A stretch of DNA of 64,000 bases from an uncultured cyanobacterium (GTDB lineage Bacteria > Cyanobacteriota > Cyanobacteriia > CAKZMO01): positions 256,001-320,000 of the forward strand of contig CAVRCJ010000010.1 in the NCBI GenBank assembly GCA_963719515.1, in the 5' to 3' direction. Positions 10,856 to 23,000 of the stretch are shown here, piece by piece. How positions within the stretch are numbered: position 1 is the stretch's first letter; each line of letters opens with the position of its first letter. The notes under the pieces are model-generated. The model saw only the letters and a list, made by a program, of their open reading frames with translations, was not told where the DNA came from and made no database searches. The position numbers and the translations under genes are program-made.

Positions 10856-11389
10856 ATGACAGCACCCATAAAGCCCACCAGCATCTTCGTCTACGGCACC
10901 CTCAAGCCCGGCGAAGCTAACTACGATCGCTACTGCGCCGGCCGCGTTACCTTTCAATGCGCCGCGATCGCCCCCGGCTATCTCTACGCCCTGCCCGTTG
11001 GCTATCCCGCCATGGTGGCCATAGACCGAGGGGCGGTGCCGGGAGCCGAGCCAGAGCGCCATAGGCAAAATTACCCCGCAGCAGACCTTGAGACAGGGAA
11101 GTCTGAGGCGATCGTGTGGGGCTATTTGCTGAAATTCAGCGACCCAAGCTGCCTTCGGCAACTGGACGAGCTTGAGGACTATTTTCCTCAGCGATCGCCC
11201 AGCGAGAACGAATACTATCGCACCAGCGTTGCGCTCCTCACCCCAGAGCGTCAGCCCTTAGGCAGCGCCTGGGTTTACCTGATGGAGCCCCAGCGCGTCA
11301 GGCAGATGGGTGGACGTCGGGTCTTGCAAGGCCAATGGACTGGGCGACTGGGCCGGGCCAGCGAGACCTCCGCCCTGAGACCGAGTTAG
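10856..11389 (+). CDS. Gamma-glutamylcyclotransferase family protein
   Basis: IFVYGTLKPG, LDELE motifs. Confidence 0.85.
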   Translation: MTAPIKPTSIFVYGTLKPGEANYDRYCAGRVTFQCAAIAPGYLYALPVGYPAMVAIDRGAVPGAEPERHRQNYPAADLETGKSEAIVWGYLLKFSDPSCLRQLDELEDYFPQRSPSENEYYRTSVALLTPERQPLGSAWVYLMEPQRVRQMGGRRVLQGQWTGRLGRASETSALRPS

Positions 11390-11469
11390 GACCAGGTTGG
11401 CCTAATCGGAATCTGGAGCTTAAAGATGAGTTAGGCAGATGCAGCACCTTAGAGGCCTAGATTGGAGGC

Positions 11470-12216
11470 CTAGAGTAGTTCGCTGGATGTCTCAACATCG
11501 TCGGTGCCCACCTCGGGCATCGCTTCAAGCGACTGATCTTCGGTGGCATCTGCCGACTGAATACCGTCTACTGGCTCGACCGCGAGGGGAATGGGAACCA
11601 CAGGTTCGTCGATAGTAATCATCAGTGCGTCAGGCGAAATAGGCTCATTCGCTGCTGCCGGCGCGGGTGTGACCGTCGAGGCGTCAAGTGCCTTGTCCCC
11701 CAAAGTCTCAGAGGCGTTCTGGGTGGGTAGGTCAATCTTGTCTTCAGTCGTCTCGACTTGGTTGACGGCACCGGGAACCGTCAGGCTGCCCATCACCGCA
11801 GAGACAAACAGTGCGGCGATCGCCATGCCACCCCAGGCGGCTGCCATCCTGCGCGGTCGTCGCTGGGTGCGAGCCTCGACCTTAGCGAGAATGTCGTCTA
11901 CGGACTGGACAGATGGCGGCACCGGCATGCCTTGAAGACCCCGCCGCAGCTTGAGGAGTCGGGCGTAAAGGCACTGCATCGTTTGGTCATGCTCAAGCCA
12001 GGCTAAGACCTGCTCTCGTTCTGCGGGGGTCACCTCACCATCGAGGTAAGCGCTCAAAAGCTCAAAGCGATCGCGCTTTGGGCTGTCCCAATGAAAATCA
12101 TCTTCTGGGAGAGGGTCGGGTCGGGAGTCTCGATTCACGGCTTTATTAAAGGATGTTGAAACGGAACGGCTATCGGTGGGGCGTCGACGAAACTCGTGCT
12201 GGTTGTGAGAACTCAC
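11470..12216 (-). CDS. Membrane anti-sigma factor
   Basis: FELLSAYLDGEVT, single TM helix, downstream of the ECF sigma gene. Confidence 0.85.
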   Translation of the reverse strand: MSSHNQHEFRRRPTDSRSVSTSFNKAVNRDSRPDPLPEDDFHWDSPKRDRFELLSAYLDGEVTPAEREQVLAWLEHDQTMQCLYARLLKLRRGLQGMPVPPSVQSVDDILAKVEARTQRRPRRMAAAWGGMAIAALFVSAVMGSLTVPGAVNQVETTEDKIDLPTQNASETLGDKALDASTVTPAPAAANEPISPDALMITIDEPVVPIPLAVEPVDGIQSADATEDQSLEAMPEVGTDDVETSSELL

Positions 12217-12683
12217 AGCTGTACCTCATCTTTATCTAGGCTAACTTACAACGTCATCGAGGAACCGGTTGTCGAATAGTGATGCGGTTGGGGGCAAACG
12301 ACGCCGGCTCACAAATTAGAAACTGGACTTTTGGCGATGCACAGTCAAGGAGAAAACTTTATCGTCCTGCTTATAGAGGTATTGACGCAGCCCTTTGGCG
12401 ATTTGCTCCTCAGAATCTCTCTCATTGAAATTACTTAACTAAGATGAGGCATTAATTCACAATCTTCTAGGCAGGAGTTTCGAAACGTTGTGTCAGCCGG
12501 CCTTAAACGAGAGATCGAAGAGAAATAGGCTTGAGCAGATGGGTAAGCGATGAGGGCAATGCTATCAGGCTGAGGGGGGCTTTGCCCCTGTTTGGTGGTG
12601 GGCTGGCCTAGTAGAGGGCTGAGTCATCATGGTAGAGGCAGAGACCCCGAAGGAAACGCGGCGGGAAGACGCTACGGTAACCG

Positions 12684-13349
12684 CTATAAATTGATATAGC
12701 GCTGGAGTTGAGACTGTAAACGCTGACGGGCGCGGGCAATTCTAGACTTCACGGTTCCCAAAGACACCCCAGTAATCTCCGCGATATCTTCATAGGCCAT
12801 CCCCTCGATTTCCCGCAGCATGATAGTTGTGCGGAACACCTCAGGTAGATCGGCGATCGCCTGATGGAGCTGAGCATAAAACTCCTGAGTCAGCAGCTCT
12901 TGGTCAGGGCCGGGGTCAACGGAAGCCACTTCCCAGCTCATTTCGCCGTCTTCTGCCTGCCGTGGGGCATCGAGCGAGAGGGGGGATTTGACGCGCTTGC
13001 GCTTGCGCAACTCGTCGTAAAACAAATTGGTGGCAATGCGCGTGAGCCAGCCGCGGAATTTTGCGGGCTCCTGCAGTCGTTTCAGATTGCGGTAGACCCG
13101 GATCCAGACCTCCTGCACCAAATCGGCCCGATCGGACCAATCAGGGGCAAGGTGGTAGAACACTTTTTCCAGGTGTGACTGATAACGACGCAGCAATTCA
13201 GCGAAAGCAGCTTTATCAGGCCGAAGCCCTGACTGACACCGAAGAATTAAGTCGTCGTTAGACAGCTTCTCTGGTGGCAGTGACATTAAACCTGCTGTGG
13301 ATATACCGGCACTTAAAGAAAATGATTTCAAATCAGCAATAGACTGCAT
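12684..13349 (-). CDS. sigG: ECF sigma factor (SigG-like)
   Basis: DLVQEVWIRVY, WLTRIATNLFYD, GTVKSRIARAR. Confidence 0.85.
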   Translation of the reverse strand: MQSIADLKSFSLSAGISTAGLMSLPPEKLSNDDLILRCQSGLRPDKAAFAELLRRYQSHLEKVFYHLAPDWSDRADLVQEVWIRVYRNLKRLQEPAKFRGWLTRIATNLFYDELRKRKRVKSPLSLDAPRQAEDGEMSWEVASVDPGPDQELLTQEFYAQLHQAIADLPEVFRTTIMLREIEGMAYEDIAEITGVSLGTVKSRIARARQRLQSQLQRYINL

Positions 13350-13872
13350 TGGCTTGGTGAATTCAGCTAATGGTCAACAAAGTGCGAGAGGGCCACCTCA
13401 AAAAGGACGGTGTTTCTCGGAAGATGTTCCCGAACGGTCTTTGTAAGCTAGGGGAGAATGAGGACGCTCTATCATGTATGAGTGACGGACTCGGCTCGTA
13501 GAATCAACGGCTTCGTAGCAGCATGAGCGCTCGGTGACGAACCAACATCAGGAGTTGCGATTAACTTAGCCGCGATCGCGGTAGCTCATGATAAACCTAT
13601 GACAATTCGCAGTCTGGTCTTCATGGAGTTCCGCTGGCGGCGCTGTGAGATAGACTACCTGGCCAAAGTTTACGAATTCCACTAGTCTGTTTTACGAAAT
13701 TTAGCTGTGGAATCTGTGTCTTTTTCATGAAGATATGGTCTGCAGCGCTAAGCTAAAGCCAGCTTCATACAGCACATCTTTACAGCTTTTTGTAGAAAAG
13801 CCGTCTGCTGCGCCGGAGTAAGCTTTATTCTGTGTGGTTGGCTGGGTATGGTCCTCGTTCATAGTAAACGCC

Positions 13873-16485
13873 ATGGTCCGCATTCCCCTTTTAGTCGGGT
13901 TGGCCGTCATGCTGTTCAGCTCGCCCGCTCAGGGCCAGATTGCCCCTGATGACACCCTGCCCACCCCCTCCCGCGTCACCTCACGGCAGGGAGGCCCCAT
14001 TATCGATGGCGGCACAGCCGCTGGCCCCAACCTCTTTCACAGCTTTCAGCAATTCTCGGTACCGGTGGGGCAGCGGGTGCAGTTCAACAACGCCGCAGGC
14101 ATTCAGAGGATTCTGACAAGGGTGACGGGAGGCAGTGCCTCTACCCTCGACGGGATTCTAGCCGCCAACGGTACCGCTGACCTCTTCTTCATTAACCCCA
14201 GCGGCATTGTCTTTGGTCCAGGTGCCCAGCTCGACATTGGCGGAAGCTTCGTCGCCAGCACTGCTGAGGCGATTCGCTTCGCGGATGGTTCCGCCTTTCG
14301 CGCCGTAAATTCATCGTTGGCGCTGCCGCTGCTGACGGTGAGTTTGCCGGTGGGCCTGCAGATGGGGGCAAGCCCAGCCGCGGTTGAGGTCACTGGGTCA
14401 ACCCTGACCACTGGGCCGGGGCGATCTGTGGCGCTATTGGGGGGAGATATCCGTCTAAATGGGGGGAGCCTGGGGGTTAGCGGAGGCCAAATTAGCTTGG
14501 GCAGCGCAACGGCGGGGACGGTCGCCCTAACGCGATCGCCAGAGGGCCTCGGCCTGGGCTACAGCGATATTCTGCAGTTTGGCGATATCCTCTTGCAGCA
14601 GGGGGCAAGCGTCACCAGCAGCGGATTGAGCAATGGCGGCATTCACCTGCAGGGCAGGGCCATCCAGGTGAGCGGTGGCTCCCAGGTGTCGGCTATCAAC
14701 AGCGGGTCAGAGGCCGATGGGGCGATCGCCATCAGCGCGACAGATCTAGTCCGGGTCGGCGGGCCGCCGGAGGGTAGCCCCCCCAGCGTTGTGCAGTCCA
14801 GCGCGGCGGGAGCCGGACGGGGCGCTGACATCGACATTACGGCGGCGCGGCTGCGGCTGTCGCCCGACGGCGGGATATTTGCCACGACTCAGGGCTCAGG
14901 CGGCGGCGGCAACCTTTCGATTCGGGCCTCCGAGCGGGTAGCGCTGCTGGGGCGCGGCCTCCCTGTCCTCCAGCTGCTGCTGGCGCAGGCTCTCTCGGGA
15001 AACGGCATTCTTACGAGCATCGACAGCGGACTCTCTACTGTGACCTTAGGGGCAGGAGACGCCGGCACCCTCACTATCACAACGCCTCGCCTGAGCGTTC
15101 AGCAGGGCGAACTGATCACCACGGCCAGCGAAGGGTCGGGCAATGCCGGTGACTTGATCCTGCAGGTCAGCGATCGCACTTTCATTGAAGACTCTTACCT
15201 AGTCGTCGCGGCCCTCACCTTTGGGGATGCCGCAGCGGCGGGCAACGCGGGCGATCTAATTCTTACCTCACCGCGCCTCATCATCAAAGACGGCAGTTCC
15301 CTCATTGCCGCGACCCTGGGCAACGGAGACGGCGGTGATATTCGCATTGACGCTGCCGACACGGTAGACATATTTGCTGTTTCCGACGAGGTCGAGGTCC
15401 CCCAAATCAACACCAGCAGCTTTTTTGGGCAGGGAGCGGGGGGAGAGATTGCGATTACAGCGGGCCAGCTGCGCCTCAACCGGGGCGGAATTCGCAGTCA
15501 GTCTGGGGGACGGCTGTCAGAGAATCTTTTTAATCCGAGTTTGCCCTCCGAAGCGTTTGTCCGGGTGCCCGGCGGACCCTCTGGGAGAATTACGCTCACC
15601 CTATCGGATAGCTTGGAGGTGATTGGCAACGGTCAGCCTTTTGGGTCGAGCATTGACGCCTCTAGCTTTACCGCCTTCTCACCAGGTCAAATTAGAGTGT
15701 CCGCCCCCACAATTTTGCTCAGCGACGCAGGGGAAATTTCGGTGGATACCCGCGGACCTTCCCCCAGTGGCGGTCAGATCGATATTCAAGCGGAGACACT
15801 GATTCTCAACCAGCAGGGGCGGATCACGACGGCATCCCTCGGAGATGAATTTATTCAAGGGGGACGAATTGCGATTGAGGCGACCACGCTGGTCGCAATA
15901 GAAAACAGCGATATTTCGGCTGATGCGCTGGTGGAAGGACCGGGGGGACGAATCGAGATCCTAGCCCCCACCATTATCGGGACGCAGTTTCGGTCTCGCC
16001 AAACGGCGGCCAGCGACATCACGGCGGCCTCTGTTTCTGGCGATCGGGGCACGGTGATTATCGAAACCAGCACTGTCGAGGTGGTGGAAGATGCAGCCCC
16101 CCTTGCTGCCGACTTCGTTGACCAAAGCGATCGCATTGCGACCCTGTGCGCTACAGCGGCAGAAAGTCGGTTTGTCGTCACGGGGCGGGGCGGCTTACCG
16201 GCGGGGCCAGGGCAGCGGGCAGAAGAGGGCACTTGGCAAGACCTGCGGCTTCCTGCGGCGCTGATGGGCCTAGAGACTGAAGCGTCAACAGCTGAAGCGC
16301 CAGCGGCTGAAGCAGCGCAGCCGGACCACACCCAGCAAAGCGATAGCCCGGCGGATCTAGCAGCGCCTTCGCTCAGGCCAGTGGAGGCGGACGGCTGGGT
16401 CCTTGACGGCGATGGGCAGGTGCAGCTAGTGGCCCGCAGCGATCGCCTTTCCCCCCAGTTCTCAGCCTGTAGCCCCCAGCCATGA
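13873..16485 (+). CDS. Filamentous-haemagglutinin N-terminal (TPS) domain exoprotein
   Basis: Signal peptide, NLFHSFQQFSV, FFINPSGIVFG, Gly-rich beta-helix repeats (AGDLTIT-like), C-terminal FVVTGRGGLP. Confidence 0.9.
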   Translation: MVRIPLLVGLAVMLFSSPAQGQIAPDDTLPTPSRVTSRQGGPIIDGGTAAGPNLFHSFQQFSVPVGQRVQFNNAAGIQRILTRVTGGSASTLDGILAANGTADLFFINPSGIVFGPGAQLDIGGSFVASTAEAIRFADGSAFRAVNSSLALPLLTVSLPVGLQMGASPAAVEVTGSTLTTGPGRSVALLGGDIRLNGGSLGVSGGQISLGSATAGTVALTRSPEGLGLGYSDILQFGDILLQQGASVTSSGLSNGGIHLQGRAIQVSGGSQVSAINSGSEADGAIAISATDLVRVGGPPEGSPPSVVQSSAAGAGRGADIDITAARLRLSPDGGIFATTQGSGGGGNLSIRASERVALLGRGLPVLQLLLAQALSGNGILTSIDSGLSTVTLGAGDAGTLTITTPRLSVQQGELITTASEGSGNAGDLILQVSDRTFIEDSYLVVAALTFGDAAAAGNAGDLILTSPRLIIKDGSSLIAATLGNGDGGDIRIDAADTVDIFAVSDEVEVPQINTSSFFGQGAGGEIAITAGQLRLNRGGIRSQSGGRLSENLFNPSLPSEAFVRVPGGPSGRITLTLSDSLEVIGNGQPFGSSIDASSFTAFSPGQIRVSAPTILLSDAGEISVDTRGPSPSGGQIDIQAETLILNQQGRITTASLGDEFIQGGRIAIEATTLVAIENSDISADALVEGPGGRIEILAPTIIGTQFRSRQTAASDITAASVSGDRGTVIIETSTVEVVEDAAPLAADFVDQSDRIATLCATAAESRFVVTGRGGLPAGPGQRAEEGTWQDLRLPAALMGLETEASTAEAPAAEAAQPDHTQQSDSPADLAAPSLRPVEADGWVLDGDGQVQLVARSDRLSPQFSACSPQP

Positions 16486-18998
16486 TCCGACAAAAGCGCA
16501 GACGGCTCATCCTAATGCTGCTCACGGCCCTGGTCGCGGTAGGCATTGCCGCTACCTCCCGCCCCGCTCAGGGCCAAACTCCAGCGCCGGCTCCGACTCA
16601 GGTTTCTCTTCGGGCCTCAATGCAGCAGGGGCAGGCGCTTATGCGCAGCGAGCGCTACGCGGAAGCGGCGCAGGTGTGGCAGCAGCTCGCCCAGTCCCAA
16701 CCGCAGCAGGCGGCGATCGCCTTCAGCTATTTAGCGGTGGCCCAGCAAAGCTTAGCGCAGTGGGACGCCGCTCAAGCGTCCCTAGTTCAGGGGTTGGGGG
16801 CCCTTCATCAGGCCCCAACCGATGCCGCCCGCGGAATTCGGGCGCGGCTGCTCAACGCGGCGGGGCAACAGGCCCTCTCTCAAGGGCAGCCGGAGGTGGC
16901 GCTGGAGCAGTGGCAGGCGGCGGCGGCAGCCTACGAAGCGGACGGAGACATAACGGGGCAAATTGGCAGCCAGATTAACCAGGCGATCGCCCTACAAAGC
17001 CTGGGATTTTACCGGCGATCGCGGCGACAGCTAGAGGCCCTACAGCCGCAGCTACAGGAGCAGGCCCCTGTCATAAGGGCGACGGGGCTTCGGCAGTTAG
17101 GCGTAGCCTACCGGCTCACGGGAGACCTCCCCCAAGCCCAAAGTCTGCTGGAAGCTAGTCTTGAAGCGATGCCCCAGCCCAATACCCGCCTGAGTCTAGG
17201 CCATGTCTTGCTGCAGCGCGGGGAAGATGACGCCGCCCTGCAGCAGTACCAGCGCGCCTACGAAAGCGCTCAGGCTCCGGCGCTGCGCCTCAGCGCTCAA
17301 GTTAGCGAGCTTCAGCTTCTCATCGAAAGCAACCCGGACGAGGCCCGCGCCCTAGCTGGGCTGCTTCCGCCACAGCTCACAGCAGCAGGCCCCAGCCGTC
17401 CCACCGTCTTTGCCCGCGTTAGCCTGGCGCAGGCGCTCATGCAGCTTGCGGGGGACTGCCCCGCAGCCTCCTGTTACCTTGAGGCGCTGGAGCAGCTGAA
17501 GCAGGCGACGACGCAGTCCCGCCAGCTTCAGGACAAGCGCGCCGAGTCTTTCGCCCTCGGCACTTTAGGACTGCTGTATCAACAGGCTGGGCAGTGGGCT
17601 GACGCTGAGACGGTAACAGCCGACGCTCTGCGGCTTGCCCAGAGCTTAAAGGCCCAAGATTTGACGGCTCAGTGGCAGCGGCAGAGAGGGAAAATTGCTC
17701 TCAAGCAGGGCCGCCCTACCCAGGCGATCGCCGCCTACCAAGCTGCGGCGGAGGCGCTGCACGACCTGCGACAGGACTTAGCTGCAGTGGGCTCAGACGT
17801 ACAGTTTTCCTTTACCCGGTCTGTGGAGCCGGTCTACCGCGAGCTCATTCAGCTTCTGCTCGCGACCCCAGCCAAACAAGTCCGCCCCACCCAGGGCCGT
17901 CTCCGCCAAACCCTCGACGTCTTGGAAGACCTCAAGCTAGCTGAGCTAGATAACTTTTTTCGCCAGGCCTGCCTCACGGCAACCTCCCAGCCTCTCGACA
18001 GCATTGACCCTGCCGCCGCCATCATCTACCCCATCATTCTGCCCGATCGCCTAGCGGTCATTGTGGCGCGTCCCCAGCGGCCGCTGCTCTACCACGAGAC
18101 GCGGCTGCCCCAGGCGGAGACTCTGGCACATATCGAACAGCTGCGGCTATACCTCAACCCGGTCTTTCTGGACGAGACGCGGCTGCAGCTCTCCCAAACC
18201 CTCTACCAGTGGCTTTTAGGTCCGGTGGATAGTTCACTACGGCAGCAAGGCATTAAGACCCTAGTGTTTGTGCCCGACGGTCCGCTAAATAATCTGCCGA
18301 TGGCGGCCCTCCACGATGGGGAGCGCTACGTGATTGAAACCTACGGCGTAGCGATCGCTCCTAGCCTGAAGCTGATTGATCCCCAGCAGCTAGAGCGCAG
18401 CGACATCCAGGTGCTGGCGGCGGGGATTAGCGAGCCGCGCCTTGGGTTCTCTCCTCTGCCGGAGGTAGAGACCGAGCTAGCGCAGATTCAGCAAGAAACC
18501 GAGGCCCGTCTGCTGCTCAATCGGAGCTTCACTCAAGACGCCCTGCTAGGCCAAGTGAGCCGCCGTTCGCCGGTGGTCCACCTAGCGACCCACGGCCAGT
18601 TTGGAGCGACGACGGAAGAGACCTTCCTGCTGGCCTGGGATGGCGTCATCGACATCGACACCTTAAGTCTGCTAATTGAGCCGGGGGAGCGACGCAGCAC
18701 TCCGATTGAGCTGCTGGTGCTCAGCGCTTGTCAAACGGCGACGGGCGACGAGCAGACTGTTTTGGGGCTCTCAGGGCTTGCCGTTCGCTCCGGGGCGCGC
18801 AGCACCCTGGGCACCCTGTGGCAGGTGGGCGATCGCTCCACGGCGATGGTGATGGCAACGTTCTACCGAGAATTCACCGGCTCCACCCAGCCCAAGGTCG
18901 AGGCGCTGCGGCAGGCGCAGCTTCAGCTGCTCAATACGCCGGACTTTGCCCACCCGTTCTACTGGTCAGCCTACGTCATGGTGGGCAATTGGCTCTAG
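16482..18998 (+). CDS. TPR + CHAT (caspase-like) domain protein with signal peptide
   Basis: FVPDGPL, VHLATHGQF (His), VLSACQT (Cys), HPFYWSAY; ATGA overlap with the upstream gene. Confidence 0.92.
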   Translation: MIRQKRRRLILMLLTALVAVGIAATSRPAQGQTPAPAPTQVSLRASMQQGQALMRSERYAEAAQVWQQLAQSQPQQAAIAFSYLAVAQQSLAQWDAAQASLVQGLGALHQAPTDAARGIRARLLNAAGQQALSQGQPEVALEQWQAAAAAYEADGDITGQIGSQINQAIALQSLGFYRRSRRQLEALQPQLQEQAPVIRATGLRQLGVAYRLTGDLPQAQSLLEASLEAMPQPNTRLSLGHVLLQRGEDDAALQQYQRAYESAQAPALRLSAQVSELQLLIESNPDEARALAGLLPPQLTAAGPSRPTVFARVSLAQALMQLAGDCPAASCYLEALEQLKQATTQSRQLQDKRAESFALGTLGLLYQQAGQWADAETVTADALRLAQSLKAQDLTAQWQRQRGKIALKQGRPTQAIAAYQAAAEALHDLRQDLAAVGSDVQFSFTRSVEPVYRELIQLLLATPAKQVRPTQGRLRQTLDVLEDLKLAELDNFFRQACLTATSQPLDSIDPAAAIIYPIILPDRLAVIVARPQRPLLYHETRLPQAETLAHIEQLRLYLNPVFLDETRLQLSQTLYQWLLGPVDSSLRQQGIKTLVFVPDGPLNNLPMAALHDGERYVIETYGVAIAPSLKLIDPQQLERSDIQVLAAGISEPRLGFSPLPEVETELAQIQQETEARLLLNRSFTQDALLGQVSRRSPVVHLATHGQFGATTEETFLLAWDGVIDIDTLSLLIEPGERRSTPIELLVLSACQTATGDEQTVLGLSGLAVRSGARSTLGTLWQVGDRSTAMVMATFYREFTGSTQPKVEALRQAQLQLLNTPDFAHPFYWSAYVMVGNWL

Positions 18999-19255
18999 AC
19001 AAATTAGTCCGCAGTTAAAGAATTAGTGAAGCGTACGCGCTGAAAGAGCGGCTCAGTTCGCAGGTCACTATACTTAGGTATACTGGTCCATCAGTAATTT
19101 CACAGGCTAGCGCGAGGCGGAAAATTTGCTTAACTCGCGCTGTCTCAATCCCGCACGCAGCGCCTGAGTTTTAGCCCAGCGGTCTATCGCAATTTGAAAG
19201 TTCCGTACGTAGCAGCATCACTGGTGCCCAGCTTCCCCAACTGCGAATCAGCCCC

Positions 19256-20014
19256 ATGATTTTGTCTCAGTCCATCGCTAAAACCGTCATCAAAGCGAGC
19301 TCCCTTATCCTATCGGGGGCGACCGCCGTTGGGCTTTCTGGCGCTGCGCTGGCCCATCATCACCCCACGGCCCACTCCTCCAACGACGCGACCTCAATTT
19401 TTCTGCCCCCCACCGATGAAACCCACACCACCTCCCGGGCCGGGGGGAGTCGCAGCGCGGCTGGGTGTCGCAATGATGCAGAGACCGCCATTCTGACGGC
19501 GATCGCCCCGCAACAGCAGGTGGGTCTGACGGCAGCGGCCCATCCAACGGTTTTGGTCTACGTTCCTGAGACCTCTGCGCAACAGCTTTATTTCAGCGTC
19601 AAGACCACCTCTGGTCAAGGACATTACGAGACCGTGCTGCCCCTTTCTCAAGCCGATAGCCTCGTTGCCCTGGCCCTGCCTACCGAGGCTCCGCCGCTGG
19701 CGATGGGTGAAACCTACGAGTGGGGCGTTGGACTCATTTGCCCCTCTGGGCAGACGGATATGCCGTGGCAGCAGGGCCAAATTAAGCGGGTGGCGCTACC
19801 GGCAGCCCTCCCTAACCCGCCTTTAGAGCGGGCGGCGGCACTGGGCCAGCTGGGGCTTTGGTACGACACCGTCACAGCGCTCACGCTGGCGCGACAAAAC
19901 GCCCCCTTGAGCTCACCGCAGCAGACCAATTTGTTGAATAGCTGGGCGCAAATTTTAGACTGGACCGGGGCTACTGCACCCGCGACCGAATCAATTCTGT
20001 CTACGATGCGTTAG
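19256..20014 (+). CDS. DUF928 domain protein
   Basis: GGSR..GC, GLTAAAHPTVLVYVP, YEW, GLWYDT; typical position between CHAT and CHASE2 genes. Confidence 0.85.
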   Translation: MILSQSIAKTVIKASSLILSGATAVGLSGAALAHHHPTAHSSNDATSIFLPPTDETHTTSRAGGSRSAAGCRNDAETAILTAIAPQQQVGLTAAAHPTVLVYVPETSAQQLYFSVKTTSGQGHYETVLPLSQADSLVALALPTEAPPLAMGETYEWGVGLICPSGQTDMPWQQGQIKRVALPAALPNPPLERAAALGQLGLWYDTVTALTLARQNAPLSSPQQTNLLNSWAQILDWTGATAPATESILSTMR

Positions 20015-20021
20015 AACCTTA

Positions 20022-23000
20022 GTGATGTTGCTGCTGATCAACCTGTGGCGTTACTATCGGCAAGCTCCCCGCACGCTGTCCCTGCTGGCCATTGCGGCAC
20101 TGACGACAGCGGGGGTATTGACCGCCCGCAGTACGGGAATGCTGCAGTCTCTTGAGCTTGCGGTCTACGATATTTTTTGTCAGCGTCACGAGTTGGGCCA
20201 GCCGCATCAGGCCGCTGACGGGGAAGCTAACAGGGATGAGCTGCTCATTGTCACCGTTGGGGAAGCCGATATTCAAGCCTTAGGGCACTACCCCCTCAGC
20301 GACGCCACCCTAGCTCGCTTGATCCGCCAGATCTCTGCTCATCAGCCGTCCGCTATCGGGTTAGACCTATTTCGCGACGTTCCCGTCGCCCCGGGGACAT
20401 CGGACTGGCAGCAGGTTGCCGGCAGCACTCCTCACTTGTTTGGCATCGACAAAATCATTGGGAATCCCGTCGCAGCGCCGCTGATGTTTCAGCCCCACCA
20501 GGTAGGCTTTAGCGACCTGATTCCTGACCCCGACGGGAAGGTGCGGCGCGCGCTGATCTCTTACCCAAACCAGCAGGGTGACCTACAGCTGAGCTTTGCG
20601 GCCAAGCTAGCGCTCCACTATTTAGAGCAGCAGGGAATTTTTCCCCAGCCGACGGCGTCAGGCGCGATCGCGCTGGGTGAGACCAAAATCGTGCCCTTTC
20701 GTAAGCGGGATGGGGCCTATGCCACGGTTTCGGGCGGCGGCTATCAGACGATAATCGACTACCGAGGGCACCTAGAAGCGTTCCCCCATGTCTCTATGGC
20801 CCAGATTCTTGAGGGCAGCGTAGATCCAGCCCTCATTCGGGGTCGCGTCGTGCTGGTTGGCATCACGGCCCCCAGCGTTGGGGACGAATTCTTCACCGCC
20901 CACAGCAAGACAATCGAAGGGCAAACGCAGTCGACCTACGGCGTTGTCATCCACGCCAATGCTGTTAGCTATTTGGTGGATACTGCCCTTGGCAGGCGGG
21001 CTAGAGTGCGGGTGTGGCCAGAGTGGGTCGAGATGGGCTGGATTGCAGGGTGGGCGATCGCCAGCGCGGCCCTGTTTTTGTGGTGGGAGGGGCGGTGGCA
21101 ACAGACTAACGCGCTATCCTACGGCGTGCGGGTCATAGGCAGTGCGGTGCTCCCCGCTGGCGTGATGTATACGCTAGCCTACGTCTCGCTGTTGGGAAAC
21201 TGGTGGATACCGGTTGTCCCACCCGTGCTCAGCATTGCCGGAACCATCCTACTGGCCGCTATATACATGGCGTTCAAGTCGGAGCGCGACGCTACTCGAT
21301 CTTTGGCCTGCTACTCCCAGGAGTTAGAGCGCCAGGTGGCCAAGCAGGTGGCCGATTTGACCTACAGCGAAGAGCGATTCCGCCGCTCCTTTGACGATGC
21401 CGGTATTGGCATGGCGCTTATCTCTGTGGAAGGGCAATGGCTGCGGGTTAATGATTCTTTCTGCGAAATGCTGGGCTACCGTTCAGCTGAGCTGCTGAAA
21501 ACCTCCTTTACAGCCCTCACCCATCAAGAGGATCTAGCGGCGGAGATGGGGCTAATGCAGCAGACGCTGTCTGGGGATATCCACACCTACCAGCTTGAAA
21601 AGCGCTGTCAACATTTCTCTGGGCACTGGGTTTGGATAGACAGGACGGTCTCTTTAGTGCGAGATACTAGCGGGAAGCCCCTACATTTTGTCCTCCAAAG
21701 CCAGGACATCAGCGAGAGAAAGCGGCACGAGGCCGAGCGTAAGCGGGTAGAAGCCGAGTTAAATGCCGCTAAGGAGGCGGCAGAATTTGCCAATCAGGCC
21801 AAAAGCACCTTCCTATCCAATATGAGCCACGAGCTGCGAACCCCCCTCAACGTCATCTTAGGCATGGCTCAGCTGCTGCAGCGCTCTAGTCAGTCCAACA
21901 TGCAGGAGCTGACGACCATTTTGCGCAGCGGTGACCATTTGCTTTCCCTGATTAACCAGGTGCTGGATCTTTCAAAAATTGAGGCGGGCCAAAATGCCTG
22001 CAGTTCTAGCCCTTTTAGTCTGCACGACCTGCTTCAGACGCTCCAGACCATAATGCAGCCCCACGCTCGGGCTAAGGGACTGACATTTACCGTCACCGTC
22101 ACTCCTGACGTGCCGAATGCCCTAATGGGAGACGCTCAGAAGCTGCAGCAGGTGCTGATTAACCTGCTGGGCAATGCCATCAAGTTCACAGAGACGGGAT
22201 GGGTCGAGCTGCGGGTCGCTCGCCAGCAAGATACCGCCTCACCAGCAGAGCCTTGTCTAAAAATCCCGCTGCGGTTTGAGGTTAAGGACAGCGGCGTCGG
22301 GGTGCCGCTTGAGGCGCAGGCAAGTATCTTTCATCCCTTTGAGCAGGCCCACAGCCGCTTGGCGCGGCAAGGAACGGGGCTGGGGCTAGCCATCAGTAGT
22401 CAGCTCGTTGAGCTTATGGGCGGGGCGATCGCCCTGCAAAGTATCCCCGGCGTCGGGTCGACCTTTGCGGTGACTCTGGCGCTGCCCATCGGGAAACTCC
22501 CAGCTGTTGGCAGCGATGGGAGCGCTTATCTGGGGTTTTCTCCTAACGCCAAGGCCTACCGAATTTTGATCGTAGACGACATTGCTGAGAACCGCTATCT
22601 GCTGCGGCAGCTGCTGGCCCCCGTTGGGTTTGACCTTGAGGAGGCTACCGATGGGCAAGAGGCAATCGACCAGTGGCACCGCTGGCAGCCTCACCTGATC
22701 TTGATGGATATGTGTATGCCCAAGGTGGATGGCTACCAGGCCACGCGCCAAATTCTGGCCCAAGCCGCGATCGCTCAGGCTACCGCCCCAAATTCAGCTC
22801 AGAATTTGACTCAAAATTTGGCCCCAACCGCTGTCCCCGTTACCGTCGTCGCGGTGACCGCCCGAGTGCTAGGCGCAGGCCGAGAAGAGGCGATCGCGGC
22901 GGGCTGCGCAGCGGTGATCAGTAAACCAATCGATGCGGTGACGCTGCTGAAGACCATCGCCGAGCATCTCGGGCTAGCGGTTGAAGGCGAGGGTTCTGTA

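Noticed and set aside
11470..18998. ECF sigma/anti-sigma next to a CHAT protease as a CRISPR-associated-protease-like circuit
   Set aside because: There are no Cas genes. The sigma pair looks like the ordinary cyanobacterial SigG locus and is divergently transcribed, so adjacency alone is not evidence.
22787..22822. Imperfect 12-bp repeats (PNSA-QNLT-QNLA) in the kinase receiver domain
   Set aside because: A short low-complexity in-frame loop insertion with no evidence of function.
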